64,000 nt of DNA, from the NCBI RefSeq assembly GCF_009914755.1, contig NC_060926.1. One strand, given 5' to 3'. The number at the start of each line of letters is the position of its first letter. The first letter of the stretch is position 1. A program made the translations under genes and the position numbers. This document shows, one piece after another, positions 51,601 through 64,000 of the stretch. This DNA comes from the human T2T-CHM13v2.0 reference genome, Homo sapiens. The notes beneath the pieces were generated by a model. It was not told the origin of the DNA, ran no database searches, and saw only the letters and a list, made by a program, of their open reading frames with translations.

Positions 51601-54600
51601 GGAATCTGCAAGTGGATATTTGTCTAGCTTTGAGGATTTCGTTGGAAACGGGATTACATATAAAAAGCAGACAGCAGCATTCCCAGAAACTTCTTTGTGA
51701 TGTTTGCATTCAAGTCACAGAGTTGAACATTCCCTTTCATAGAGCAGGTTTGAAACACTCTTTTTGTAGTATCTGGATGTGGACATTTGGAGCGCTTTCA
51801 GGCCTATGGTGAAAAAGGAAATATCTTCCCCTGAAAACTAGACAGAAGCATTCTCAGAATCTTATTTGTGATGTGCGCCCTCAACTAACAGTGTTGAAGC
51901 TTTCTTTTGATAGAGCAGTTTTGAAACACTCTTTTTGTAATATCTGCAAGAGGATATTTGGATAGCTTTGAGGATTTCGTTGGAAACGGGATTGTCTTCA
52001 TATAAACTCTAGACAGAAGCATTCTCAGAAGCTTCATTGGGATGTTTCAATTGAAGTCACAGTGTTGAACAGTCCCTTTCATAGAGCAGGTTTGAAACAC
52101 TCTTTTTGTAGTATCTGGAAGTGGACATTTGGAGCGCTCTCAGCACTGCGGTGAAAAAGGAAATATCTTCCAATAAAAGCTACATAGAAGCAATGTCAGA
52201 AACTTTTTCATGATGTATCTACTCAGCTAACAGAGTTGAACCTTCCTTTGAGAGAGCAGTTTTGAAACACTCTTTTTGTGGAATCTGCAAGTGGATATTT
52301 GTCTAGCTTTGAGGATTTCGTTGGAAACGGGATTACATATAAAAAGCAGACAGCAGCATTCCCAGAAACTTCTTTGTGATGTTTGCATTCAAGTCACAGA
52401 GTTGAACATTCCCTTTCAGAGAGCAGGTTTGAAACACTCTTTTTGTAGTATCTGGATGTGGACATTTGCAGCGCTTTCAGGCCTATGGTGAAAAAGGAAA
52501 TCTCTTCCCCTGAAAACTAGACAGAAGCATTCTCAGAAACTTATTTGTGATGTGCGCCCTCAACTAACAGTGTTGAAGCTTTCTTTTGATAGAGCAGTTT
52601 TGAAACACTCTTTTTGTAATATCTGCAAGAGGATATTTGGATAGCTTTGAGGATTTCGTTGGAAACGGGATTGTCTTCATATAAACTCTAGACAGAAGCA
52701 TTCTCAGAAGCTTCATTGGGATGTTTCAATTGAAGTCACAGTGTTGAACATTTCCTTTCATAGAACAGGTTTGAAACACTCTTTTTGTAGTATCTGGAAG
52801 TGGACATTTGGAGCGCTCTCAGGACTATGGTGAAAAAGGAAATATCTTCCAATAAAAGCTACATAGAAGCAATGTCAGAAACTTTTTCATGATGTATCTA
52901 CTCAGCTAACAGAGTTGAACCTTTCCTTTGAGAGAGCAGTTTTGAAACACTCTTTTTGTGGAATCTGCAAGTGGATATTTGTCTAGCTTTGAGGATTTCG
53001 TTGGAAACGGGATTACATATAAAAAGCAGACAGCAGCATTCCCAGTAACTTCTTTGTGATGTTTGCATTCAAGTCACAGAGTTGAACATTCCCTTTCATA
53101 GAGCAGGTTTGAAACACTCTTTTTGTAGTATCTGGATGTGGACATTTGGAGCGCTTTCAGGCCTATGGTGAAAAAGGAAATATCTTCCCCTGAAAACTAG
53201 ACAGAAGCATTCTCAGAATCTTATTTGTGATGTGCGCCCTCAACTAACAGTGTTGAAGCATTCTTTTGATAGAGCAGTTTTGAAACACTCTTTTTGTAAA
53301 ATCTGCAAGAGGATATTTGGATAGCTTTGAGGATTTCGTTGGAAACGGGATTGTCTTCATATAAACTCTAGACAGAAGCATTCTCAGAAACTTCATTGGG
53401 ATGTTTCAATTGAAGTCACAGTGTTGAACAGTCCCTTTCATAGAGCAGGTTTGAAACACTCTTTTTGTAGTATCTGGAAGTGGACATTTGGAGCGCTCTC
53501 AGGACTGCGGTGAAAAAGGAAATATCTTCCAATAAAAGCTAGATAGAAGCAATGTCAGAAACTTTTTCATGATGTATCTACTCAGCTAACAGAGTTGAAC
53601 CTTCATTTGAGAGAGCAGTTTTGAAACACTCGTTTTGTGGAATCTGCAAGTGGATATTTGTCTAGCTTTGAGGATTTCGTTGGAAACGGGATTACATATA
53701 AAAAGCAGACAGCAGCATTCCCAGAAACTTCTTTGTGATGTTTGCATTCAAGTCACAGAGTTGAACATTCCCTTTCATAGAGCAGGTTTGAAACACTCTT
53801 TTTGTAGTATCTGGATGTGGACATTTGCAGCGCTTTCAGGCCTAAGGTGAAAAAGGAAATATCTTCCCCTGAAAACTAGACAGAAGCATTCTCAGAAACT
53901 TATTTGTGATGTGTGCCCTCAACTAACAGTGTTGAACCTTTCTTTTGATAGAGCAGTTTTGAAACACTCTTTTTGTAATATCTGCAAGAGGATATTTGGA
54001 TAGCTTTGAGGATTTCGTTGGAAACGGGATTGTCTTCATATAAACTCTAGACAGAAGCATTCTCAGAAGCTTCATTGGGATGTTTCAATTGAAGTCACAG
54101 TATTGAACAGTTCCTTTCATAGAACAGGTTTGAAACACTCTTTTTGTAGTATCTGGAAGTGGACATTTGGAGCGCTCCCAGGACTATGGTGAAAAAGGAA
54201 ATATCTTCCAATAAAAGCTACATAGAAGCAATGTCAGAAACTTTTTCATGATGTATCTACTCAGCTAACAGAGTTGAACCTTTCCTTTGAGAGAGCAGTT
54301 TTGAAACACTCTTTTTGTGGAATCTGCAAGTGGATATTTGTCTAGCTTTGAGGATTTCGTTGGAAACGGGATTACATATAAAAAGCAGACAGCAGCATTC
54401 CCAGTAACTTCTTTGTGATGTTTGCATTCAAGTCACAGAGTTGAACATTCCCTTTCATAGAGCAGGTTTGAAACACTCTTTTTGTAGTATCTGGATGTGG
54501 ACATTTGGAGCGCTTTCAGGCCTATGGTGAAAAAGGAAATATCTTCCCCTGAAAACTAGACAGAAGCATTCTCAGAAACTTATTTGTGATGTGCGCCCTC

Positions 54601-57600
54601 AACTAACAGTGTTGAACCTTTCTTTTGATAGAGCAGTTTTGAAACACTCTTTTTGTAATATCTGCAAGAGTATATTTGGATAGTTTTGAGGATTTCGCTG
54701 GAAACGGGATTACATATAAAAACAGACAGCAGCATTCCCAGAATCTTGTTTGTGATGTTTCCATTCAAGTCACAGAGTTGAACATTCCCTTTCACAGAGC
54801 AGGTTTGAAACACTCTTTTTATAGTATCTGGATGTGGACATTTGGAGCGCTTTCAGGCCTATGGTGAAAAAGGAAATATCTTCTCCTGAAAACTAGACAG
54901 AAGCATTCTCAGAATCTTATTTGTGATGTGCGCCCTCAACTAACAGTGTTGAAGCTTTCTTTTGATAGAGCAGTTTTGAAACACTCTTTTCGTAAAATCT
55001 GCAAGAGGATATTTTGATAGCTTTGAGGATTTCGTTGGAAACGGGATTGTCTTCATATAAACTCTAGACAGAAGCATTCTCAGAAGCTTCATTGGGATGT
55101 TTCAATTGAAGTCACAGTGTTGAACAGTCCCTTTCATAGAGCAGGTTTGAAACACTCTTTTTGTAGTATCTGGAAGTGGACATTTGGAGCGCTCTCAGGA
55201 CTGCGGTGAAAAAGGAAATATCTTCCAATAAAAGCTAGATAGAAGCAATGTCAGAAACTTTTTCATGATGTATCTACTCAGCTAACAGAGTTGAACCTTC
55301 CTTTGAGAGAGCAGTTTTGAAACACTCTTTTTGTGGAATCTGCAAGTGGATATTTGTCTAGCTTTGAGGATTTCGTTGGAAACGTGATTACATATAAAAA
55401 GCAGACAGCAGCATTCCCAGAAACTTCTTTGTGATGTTTGCATTCAAGTCACAGATTTGAACATTCCCTTTCATAGAGCAGGTTTGAAACACTCTTTTTG
55501 TAGTATCTGGATGTGGACATTTGCAGCGCTTTCAGGCCTAAGGTGAAAAAGGAAATATCTTCCCCTGAAAACTACACAGAAGCATTCTCAGAAACTTATT
55601 TGTGATGTGCGCCCTCAACTAACAGTGTTGAAGCTTTCTTTTGATAGAGCAGTTTTGAAACACTCTTTTTGTAATATCTGCAAGAGGATATTTGGATAGC
55701 TTTGAGGATTTCGTTGGAAACGGGATTGTCTTCATATAAACTCTAGACAGAAGCATTCTCAGAAGCTTCATTGGGATGTTTCAATTGAAGTCACAGTGTT
55801 GAACAGTTCCTTTCATAGAACAGGTTTGAAACACTCTTTTTGTAGTATCTGGAAGTGGACATTTGGAGCGCTCTCAGGACTATGGTGAAAAAGGAAATAT
55901 CTTCCAATAAAAGCTACATAGAAGCTATGTCAGAAACTTTTTCATGATGTATCTACTCAGCTAACAGAGTTGAACCTTTCCTTTGAGAGAGCAGTTTTGA
56001 AACACTCTTTTTGTGGAATCTGCAAGTGGATATTTGTCTAGCTTTGAGGATTTCGTTGGAAACGGGATTACATATAAAAAGCAGACAGCAGCATTCCCAG
56101 TAACTTCTTTGTGATGTTTGCATTCAAGTCACAGAGTTGAACATTCCCTTTCATAGAGCAGGTTTGAAACACTCTTTTTGTAGTATCTCTATGTGGACAT
56201 TTGGAGCGCTTTCAGGCCTATGGTGAAAAAGGAAATATCTTCCCCTGAAAACTAGACAGAAGCATTCTCAGAAACTTATTTGTGATGTGCGCCCTCAACT
56301 AACAGTGTTGAACCTTTCTTTTGATAGAGCAGTTTTGAAACACTCTTTTTGTAATATCTGCAAGAGGATATTTGGATAGCTTTGAGGATTTCGTTGGAAA
56401 CGGGATTACATATAAAAAGCAGACAGCAGCATTCCCAGAATCTTGTTTGTGATGTTTGCATTCAAGTCAGAGTTGAACATTCCCTTTCAGAGAGCAGGTT
56501 TGAAACACTCTTTTTATAGTATCTGGATGTGGACATTTGGAGCGCTTTCAGGCCTATGGTGAAAAAGGAAATATCTTCTCCTGAAAACTAGACAGAAGCA
56601 TTCTCAGAATCTTATTTGTGATGTGCGCCCTCAACTAACAGTGTTGAAGCTTTCTTTTGATAGAGCAGTTTTGAAACACTCTTTTCGTAAAATCTGCAAG
56701 AGGATATTTTGATAGCTTTGAGGATTTCGTTGGAAACGGGATTGTCTTCATATAAACTCTAGACAGAAGCATTCTCAGAAGCTTCATTGGGATGTTTCAA
56801 TTGAAGTCACAGTGTTGAACAGTCCCTTTCATAGAGCAGGTTTGAAACACTCTTTTTGTAGTATCTGGAAGTGGACATTTGGAGCGCTCTCAGGACTGCG
56901 GTGAAAAAGGAAATATCTTCCAATAAAAGCTAGATAGAAGCAATGTCAGAAACTTTTTCATGATGTATCTACTCAGCTAACAGAGTTGAACCTTCCTTTG
57001 AGAGAGCAGTTTTGAAACACTCTTTTTGTGGAATCTGCAAGTGGATATTTGTCTAGCTTTGAGGATTTCGTTGGAAACGGGATTACATATAAAAAGCAGA
57101 CAGCAGCATTCCCAGAAACTTCTTTGTGATGTTTGCATTCAAGTCACAGATTTGAACATTCCCTTTCATAGAGCAGGTTTGAAACACTCTTTTTGTAGTA
57201 TCTGGATGTGGACATTTGCAGCGCTTTCAGGCCTAAGGTGAAAAAGGAAATATCTTCCCCTGAAAACTAGACAGAAGCATTCTCAGAAACTTATTTGTGA
57301 TGTGCGCCCTCAACTAACAGTGTTGAAGCTTTCTTTTGATAGAGCAGTTTTGAAACACTCTTTTTGTAATATCTGCAAGAGGATATTTGGATAGCTTTGA
57401 GGATTTCGTTGGAAACGGGATTGTCTTCATATAAACTCTAGACAGAAGCATTCTCAGAAGCTTCATTGGGATGTTTCAATTGAAGTCACAGTGTTGAACA
57501 GTCCCTTTCATAGAGCAGGTTTGAAACACTCTTTTTGTAGTATCTGGAAGTGGACATTTGGAGCGCTCTCAGGACTGTGGTGAAAAAGGAAATATCTTCC

Positions 57601-60600
57601 AATAAAAGCTACATAGAAGCAATGTCAGAAACTTTTTCATGATGTATCTACTCAGCTAACAGAGTTGAACCTTTCCTTTGAGAGAGCAGTTTTGAAACAC
57701 TCTTTTTGTGGAATCTGCAAGTGGATATTTGTCTAGCTTTGAGGATTTCGTTGGAAACGGGATTACATATAAAAAGCAGACAGCAGCATTCCCAGAAACT
57801 TCTTTGTGATGTTTGCATTCAAGTCACAGAGTTGAACATTCCCTTTCATAGAGCAGGTTTGAAACACTCTTTTTGTAGTATCTGGATGTGGACATTTGGA
57901 GCGCTTTCAGGCCTATGGTGAAAAAGGAAATATCTTCTCCTGAAAACTAGACAGAAGCATTCTCAGAATCTTATTTGTGATGTGCGCCCTCAACTAACAG
58001 TGTTGAAGCTTTCTTTTGATAGAGCAGTTTTGAAACACTCTTTTTGTAATATCTGCAAGAGGATATTTGGATAGCTTTGAGGATTTCGTTGGAAACGGGA
58101 TTGTCTTCATATAAACTCTAGACAGAAGCATTCTCAGAAGCTTCATTGGGATGTTTCAATTGAAGTCACAGTGTTGAACAGTCCCTTTCATAGAGCAGGT
58201 TGGAAACACTCTTTTTGTAGTATCTGGAAGTGGACATTTGGAGAGATCGCAGGAATACGGTGATAAAGGAAATATCTTCCAATAAAAGCTAGATAGAAGC
58301 AATGTCAGAAACTTTTTCATGATGTATCTACTCAGCTAACAGAGTTGAACCTTTCTTCTGAGAGAGCAGTTTTGAAACACTCTTTTTGTGGAATCTGCAA
58401 GTGGATATTTGTCTAGCTTTGAGGATTTCGTTGGAAACGGGATTACATATAAAAAGCAGACAGCAGCATTCCCAGTAACTTCTTTGTGATGTTTGCATTC
58501 AAGTCACAGAGTTGAACATTCCCTTTCATACAGCAGGTTTGAAACACTCTTTTTGTAGTATCTGGATGTGGACATTTGGAGCGCTTTCAGGCCTATGGTG
58601 AAAAAGGAAATATCTTCCCCTGAAAACTAGACAGAAGAATTCTCAGAATCTTATTTGTGATGTGCGCCCTCAACTAACAGTCTTGAAGCTTTCTTTTGAT
58701 AGAGCAGTTTTGAAACAATCTTTTTGTAAAATCTGCAAGAGGATATTTGGATAGCTTTGAGGATTTCGTTGGAAACGGGATTGTCTTCATATAAACTCTA
58801 GACAGAAGCATTCTCAGAAGCTTCATTGGGATGTTTCAATTGAAGTCACAGTGTTGAACAGTCCCTTTCATAGAGCAGGTTTGAAACACTCTTTTTGTAG
58901 TATCTGGAAGTGGACATTTGGAGAGATCTCAGGAATACGGTGATAAAGGAAATATCTTCCAATAAACGCTACATAGAAGCAATGTCAGAAACTTTTTCAT
59001 GATGTATCTACTCAGCTAACAGAGTTGAACCTTTCTTTTGAGAGAGCAGTTTTGAAACACTCTTTTTGTGGAATCTGCAAGTGGATATTTGTCTAGCTTT
59101 GAGGATTTCGTTGGAAACGGGATTACATATAAAAAGCAGACAGCAGCATTCCCAGAAATTTCTTTGTGATGTTTGCATTCAAGTCACAGAGTTGAACATT
59201 CCCTTTCATACAGCAGGTTTGAAACACTCTTTTTGTAGTATCTGGATGTGGACATTTGGAGCGCTTTCAGGCCTATGGTGAAAAAGGAAATATCTTCCCC
59301 TGAAAACTAGACAGAAGAATTCTTAGAATCTTATTTGTGATGTGCGCCCTCAACTAACAGTGTTGAAGCTTTCTTTTGATAGAACAGTTTTGAAACACTC
59401 TTTTTGTAAAATCTGCAAGAGGATATTTGGATAGCTTTAAGGATTTCGTTGGAAACGGGATTGTCTTCATATAAACTCTAGACAGAAGCATTCTCAGAAG
59501 CGTCATTGGGATGTTTCAATTGAAGTCACAGTGTTGAACAGTCCCTTTCATAGAGCAGGTTTGAAACACTCTTTTTGTAGTATCTGGATGTGGACATTTG
59601 GAGCGCTTTAAGCCTATGGTTTAAAAGGAAATATCTTCCCCTGAAAACTAGACAGAAGCATTCTCAGAAACTTATTTGTGATGTGCGCCCTCAACTAACA
59701 GTGTTGAAGCATTCTTTTGATAGAGCAGTTTTGAAACACTCTTTTTGTGGAATCTGCAAGTGGATATTTGTCTAGCTTTGAGGATTTCGTTGGAAACGGG
59801 ATTACATATAAAAAGCAGACAGCAGCATTCCCAGAAACTTCTTTGTGATGTTTGCATTCAAGTCACAGAGTTGAACATTCCCTTTCATAGAGCAGGTTTG
59901 AAACACTCTTTTTGTAGTATCTGGATGTGGACCTTTGGAGCGCTTTCAGGCCTATGGTGAAAAAGGAAATATCTTCCCCTGAAAACTAGACAGAAGCATT
60001 CTCAGAATCTTATTTGTGATGTGCGCCCTCAACGAACAGTGTTGAAGCTTTCTTTTGATAGAGCAGTTTTGAAACACTCTTTTTGTAATATCTGCAAGAG
60101 GATATTTGGATAGCTTTGAGGATTTCGTTGGAAACGGGATTGTCTTCATATAAACTCTAGACAGAAGCATTCTCAGAAGCTTCATTGGGATGTTTCAATT
60201 GAAGTCACAGTGTTGAACAGTCCCTTTCATAGAGCAGGTTTGAAACACTCTTTTTGTAGTATCTGGAAGTGGACATTTGGAGCGCTCTCAGTACTGCGGT
60301 GAAAAAGGAAATATCTTCCAATAAAAGCTAGATAGAAGCAATGTCAGAAACTTTTTCATGATGTATCTACTCAGCTAACAGAGTTGAACCTTCCTTTGAG
60401 AGAGCAGTTTTGAAACACTCTTTTTGTGGAATCTGCAAGTGGATATTTGTCTAGCTTTGAGGATTTCGTTGGAAACGGGATTACATATAAAAAGCAGACA
60501 GCAGCATTCCCAGAAACTTCTTTGTGATGTTTGCATTCAAGTCACAGAGTTGAACATTCCCTTTCATAGAGCAGGTTTGATACACTCTTTTTGTAGTATC

Positions 60601-63600
60601 TGGATGTGGACATTTGCAGCGCTTTCAGGCCTAAGGTGAAAAAGGAAATATCTTCCCCTGAAAACTAGACAGAAGCATTCTCAGAAACTTATTTGTGATG
60701 TGCGCCCTCAACTAACAGTGTTGAAGCTTTCTTTTGATAGAGCAGTTTTGAAACACTCTTTTTGTAATATCTGCAAGAGGATATTTGGATAGCTTTGAGG
60801 ATTTCGTTGGAAACGGGATTGTCTTCATATAAACTCTAGACAGAAGCATTCTCAGAAGCTTCATTGGGTTGTTTCAATTGAAGTCACAGTGTTGAACAGT
60901 TCCTTTCATAGAACAGGTTTGAAACACTCTTTTTGTAGTATCTGGAAGTGGACATTTGGAGGGCTCTCAGGACTATGGTGAAAAAGGAAATATCTTCCAA
61001 TAAAAGCTACTTAGAAGCAATGTCAGAAACTTTTTCATGATGTATCTACTCAGCTAACAGAGGTGAACCTTTCCTTTGAGAGAGCAGTTTTGAAACACTC
61101 TTTTTGTGGAATCTGCAAGTGGATATTTGTCTAGCTTTGAGGATTTCGTTGGAAACGGGATTACATATAAAAAGCAGACAGCAGCATTCCCAGTAACTTC
61201 TTTGTGATGTTTGCATTCAAGTCACAGAGTTGAACATTCCCTTTCATAGAGCAGGTTTGAAACACTCTTTTTGTAGTATCTGGATGTGGACATTTGGAGC
61301 GCTTTCAGGCCTATGGTGAAAAAGGAAATATCTTCCCCTGAAAACTACACAGAAGCATTCTCAGAATCTTATTTGTGATGTGCGCCCTCAACTAACAGTG
61401 TTGAAGCTTTCTTTTGATAGAGCAGTTTTGAAACACTCTTTTTGTAAAATCTGCAAGAGGATATTTGGATAGCTTTGAGGATTTCGTTGGAAACGGGATT
61501 GTCTTCATATAAACTCTAGACAGAAGCATTCTCAGAAGCTTCATTGGGATGTTTCAATTGATGTCACAGTGTTGAACAGTCCCTTTCATAGAGCAGGTTT
61601 GAAACACTCTTTTTGTAGTATCTGGATGTGGACATTTGGAGCGCTTTCAGGCCTATGGTTTAAAAGGAAATATCTTCCCCTGAAAACTAGACAGAAGCAT
61701 TCTCAGAAACTTATTTGTGATGTGCGCCCTCAACTAACAGTGTTGTAGCATTCTTTTGATAGAGCAGTTTTGAAACACTCTTTTTGTGGAATCTGCAAGT
61801 GGATATTTGTCTAGCTTTGAGGATTTCGTTGGAAACGGGATTACATATAAAAAGCAGACAGCAGCATTCCCAGAAACTTCTTTGTGATGCTTGCATTCAA
61901 GTCACAGAGTTGAACATTCCCTTTCATAGAGCAGGTTTGAAACACTCTTTTTGTAGTATCTGGATGTGGACATTTGGAGCGCTTTCAGGCCTATAGTGAA
62001 AAAGGAAATATCTTCCCCTGAAAACTAGACAGAAGCATTCTCAGAAACTTATTTGTGATGTGCGCCCTCAACTAACAGTGTTGAAACTTTCTTTTGATAG
62101 AGCAGTTTTGAAACACTCTTTTTGTAATATCTGCAAGAGGATATTTGGATAGCTTTGAGGATTTCGTTGGAAACGGGATTGTCTTCATATAAAATCTAGA
62201 CAGAAGCATTCTCAGAAGCTTCATTGGGATGTTTCAATTGAAGTCACAGTGTTGAACAGTCCCTTTCATAGAGCAGGTTTGAAACACTCTTTTTGTAGTA
62301 TCTGGAAGTGGACATTTGGAGAGATCTCAGGAATACGGTGATAAAGGAAATATCTTCCAATAAAAGCTAGATAGAAGCAATGTCAGAAACTTTTTCATGA
62401 TGTATCTACTCAGCTAACAGAGTTGAACCTTTCTTTTGAGAGAGCAGTTTTGAAACACTCTTTTTGTGGAATCTGCAAGTGGATATTTGTCTAGCTTTGA
62501 GGATTTCGTTGGAAACGGGATTACATATAAAAAGCAGACAGCAGCATTCCCCGAAACTTCTTTGTGTTGTTTGCATTCAAGTCACAGATTTGAACATTCC
62601 CTTTCATAGAGCAGGTTTGAAACACTCTTTTTGTAGTATCTGGATGTGGACATTTTGAGCGCTTTGAGGCCTATGGTGAAAAAGGAAATCTCTTCCCCTG
62701 AAAACTAGACAGAAGAATTCTCAGAATCTTATTTGTGATGTGCGCCCTCAACTAACAGTGTTGAAGCTTTCTTTTGATAGAGCAGTTTTGAAACACTCTT
62801 TTTGTTAAATCTGCAAGAGGATATTTGGATAGCTTTGAGGATTTCGTTGGAAACGGGATTGTCTTCATATAAACTCTAGACAGAAGCATTCTCAGAAGCG
62901 TCATTGGGATGTTTCAATTGAAGTCACAGTGTTGAACAGTCCCTTTCATAGAGCAGGTTTGAAACACTCTTTTTGTAGTATCTGGATGTGGACATTTGGA
63001 GCGCTTTCAGGCCTATGGTTTAAAAGGAAATATCTTCCCCTGAAAACTAGACAGAAGCATTCTCAGAAACTTATTTGTGATGTGCGCCCTCAACTAACAG
63101 TGTTGAAGCATTCTTTTGATAGAGCAGTTTTGAAACACTCTTTTTGTGGAATCTGCAAGTGGATATTTGTCTAGCTTTGAGGATTTCGTTGGAAACGGGA
63201 TTACATATAAAAAGCAGACAGCAGCATTCCCAGAAACTTCTTTGTGATGTTTGCATTCAAGTCACAGAGTTGAACATTCCCTTTCATAGAGCAGGTTTGA
63301 AACACTCTTTTTGTAGTATCTGGATGTGGACATTTGGAGCGCTTTCAGGCCTATGGTGAAAAAGGAAATATCTTCCCCTGAAAACTAGACAGAAGCATTC
63401 TCAGAATCTTATTTGTGATGTGCGCCCTCAACTAACAGTGTTGAAGCTTTCTTTTGATAGAGCAGTTTTGAAACACCCTTTTTGTAAAATCTGCAACAGG
63501 ATATTTGGATAGCTTTGAGGATTTCGTTGGAAACGGGATTGTCTTCATATAAACTCTAGACAGAAGCATTCTCAGAAGCTTCATTGGGATGTTTCAATTG

Positions 63601-64000
63601 AAGTCACAGTGTTGAACAGTCCCTTTCATAGAGCAGGTTTGAAACACTCTTTTTGTAGTATCTGGAAGTGGACATTTGGAGCGCACTCGGGACTGCGGTG
63701 AAAAAGGAAATATCTTCCAATAAAAGCTAGATAGAAGCAATGTCAGAAACTTTTTCATGATGTATCTACTCAGCTAACAGAGTTGAACCTTCATTTGAGA
63801 GAGCAGTTTTGAAACACTCGTTTTGTGGAATCTGCAAGTGGATATTTGTCTAGCTTTGAGGATTTTGTTGGAAACGGGATTACATATAAAAAGCAGACAG
63901 CAGCATTCCCAGAAACTTCTTTGTGATGTTTGCATTCAAGTCACAGAGTTGAACATTCCCTTTCATAGAGCAGGTTTGAAACACTCTTTTTGTAGTATCT

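Larger units (their letters stand above)
1..64000 (+). repeat. Alpha satellite higher-order repeat array, 4-mer 680-bp HOR, dimeric suprachromosomal family 2 type; most likely human chr2 D2Z1 (S2C2H1L)
   Basis: Continuous ~171-bp monomers starting CATTCTCAGAA/CATTCCCAGAA/CAATGTCAGAA. The period is 680 bp (ORF-track copies end at 3562, 4242, 5602, 6282, 6962...). CENP-B box TTTCGTTGGAAACGGGA is in every second monomer, alternating with GGTGAAAAAGGAAATAT. There is one TCTAGA (XbaI) per unit. Alpha satellite identity is certain; the chr2 assignment rests on recalled D2Z1 properties (about 0.85). Confidence 0.97.

Noticed and set aside
88-63359. Dozens of near-identical 60-110 aa ORFs (MWNLQVDICL..., MLNSPFH..., MQTSQRSF...)
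   Set aside because: They are chance open frames of the satellite unit. Many start at TTG/GTG, they appear or vanish with single substitutions, and they show no recognisable domain or gene structure. They were used only as haplotype markers.
1-64000. CRISPR-like pattern of conserved motifs separated by variable sequence
   Set aside because: The intervening sequences are themselves repeated monomer parts, not unique spacers, and there are no cas genes.
1-64000. Transposon insertion, inversion or non-satellite island
   Set aside because: No Alu/L1 sequence, poly(A) tail, target-site duplication or strand switch was seen. All spacing changes are explained by 171, 338 or 342 bp steps and 1-2 bp indels.
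1-64000. Assignment to other SF2 arrays (e.g. D18Z1, D20Z2)
   Set aside because: Those have longer HORs; the dominant 4-monomer 680-bp period fits D2Z1 better. Not confirmed by a database search.
1-64000. Calling this the active kinetochore (CENP-A) site
   Set aside because: High homogeneity and dense CENP-B boxes fit a live array, but CENP-A position is epigenetic and cannot be read from sequence.

Overview
The whole 64 kb window is an uninterrupted, single-orientation array of primate centromeric alpha satellite. It has about 376 monomers organised as a 680-bp 4-monomer higher-order repeat (HOR). The four monomers are labelled here A (167 bp), B, C and D (171 bp each). CENP-B boxes lie in A and C and pJalpha-type boxes in B and D. 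The dimeric SF2 (D1/D2) layout, 680-bp period and single XbaI site per unit best fit the human chromosome 2 array D2Z1 (S2C2H1L). I see no genes, RNA genes, transposon insertions, inversions or CRISPR array, and the ORF track consists of repeat-derived artefacts. I found no new gene-encoded system. The notable content is internal architecture: (i) one parity-breaking 5-mer; (ii) twelve ~338-bp deletion units of four junction types and one 342-bp gain; (iii) a frequent length-neutral chimeric HOR carrying a GGTTTAAAAGG box; (iv) nested local duplications with recurring periods of n x 680 (+338), notably ~5.78 kb; (v) a left-to-right decline in CENP-B box damage. All counts were made by eye and should be verified computationally.
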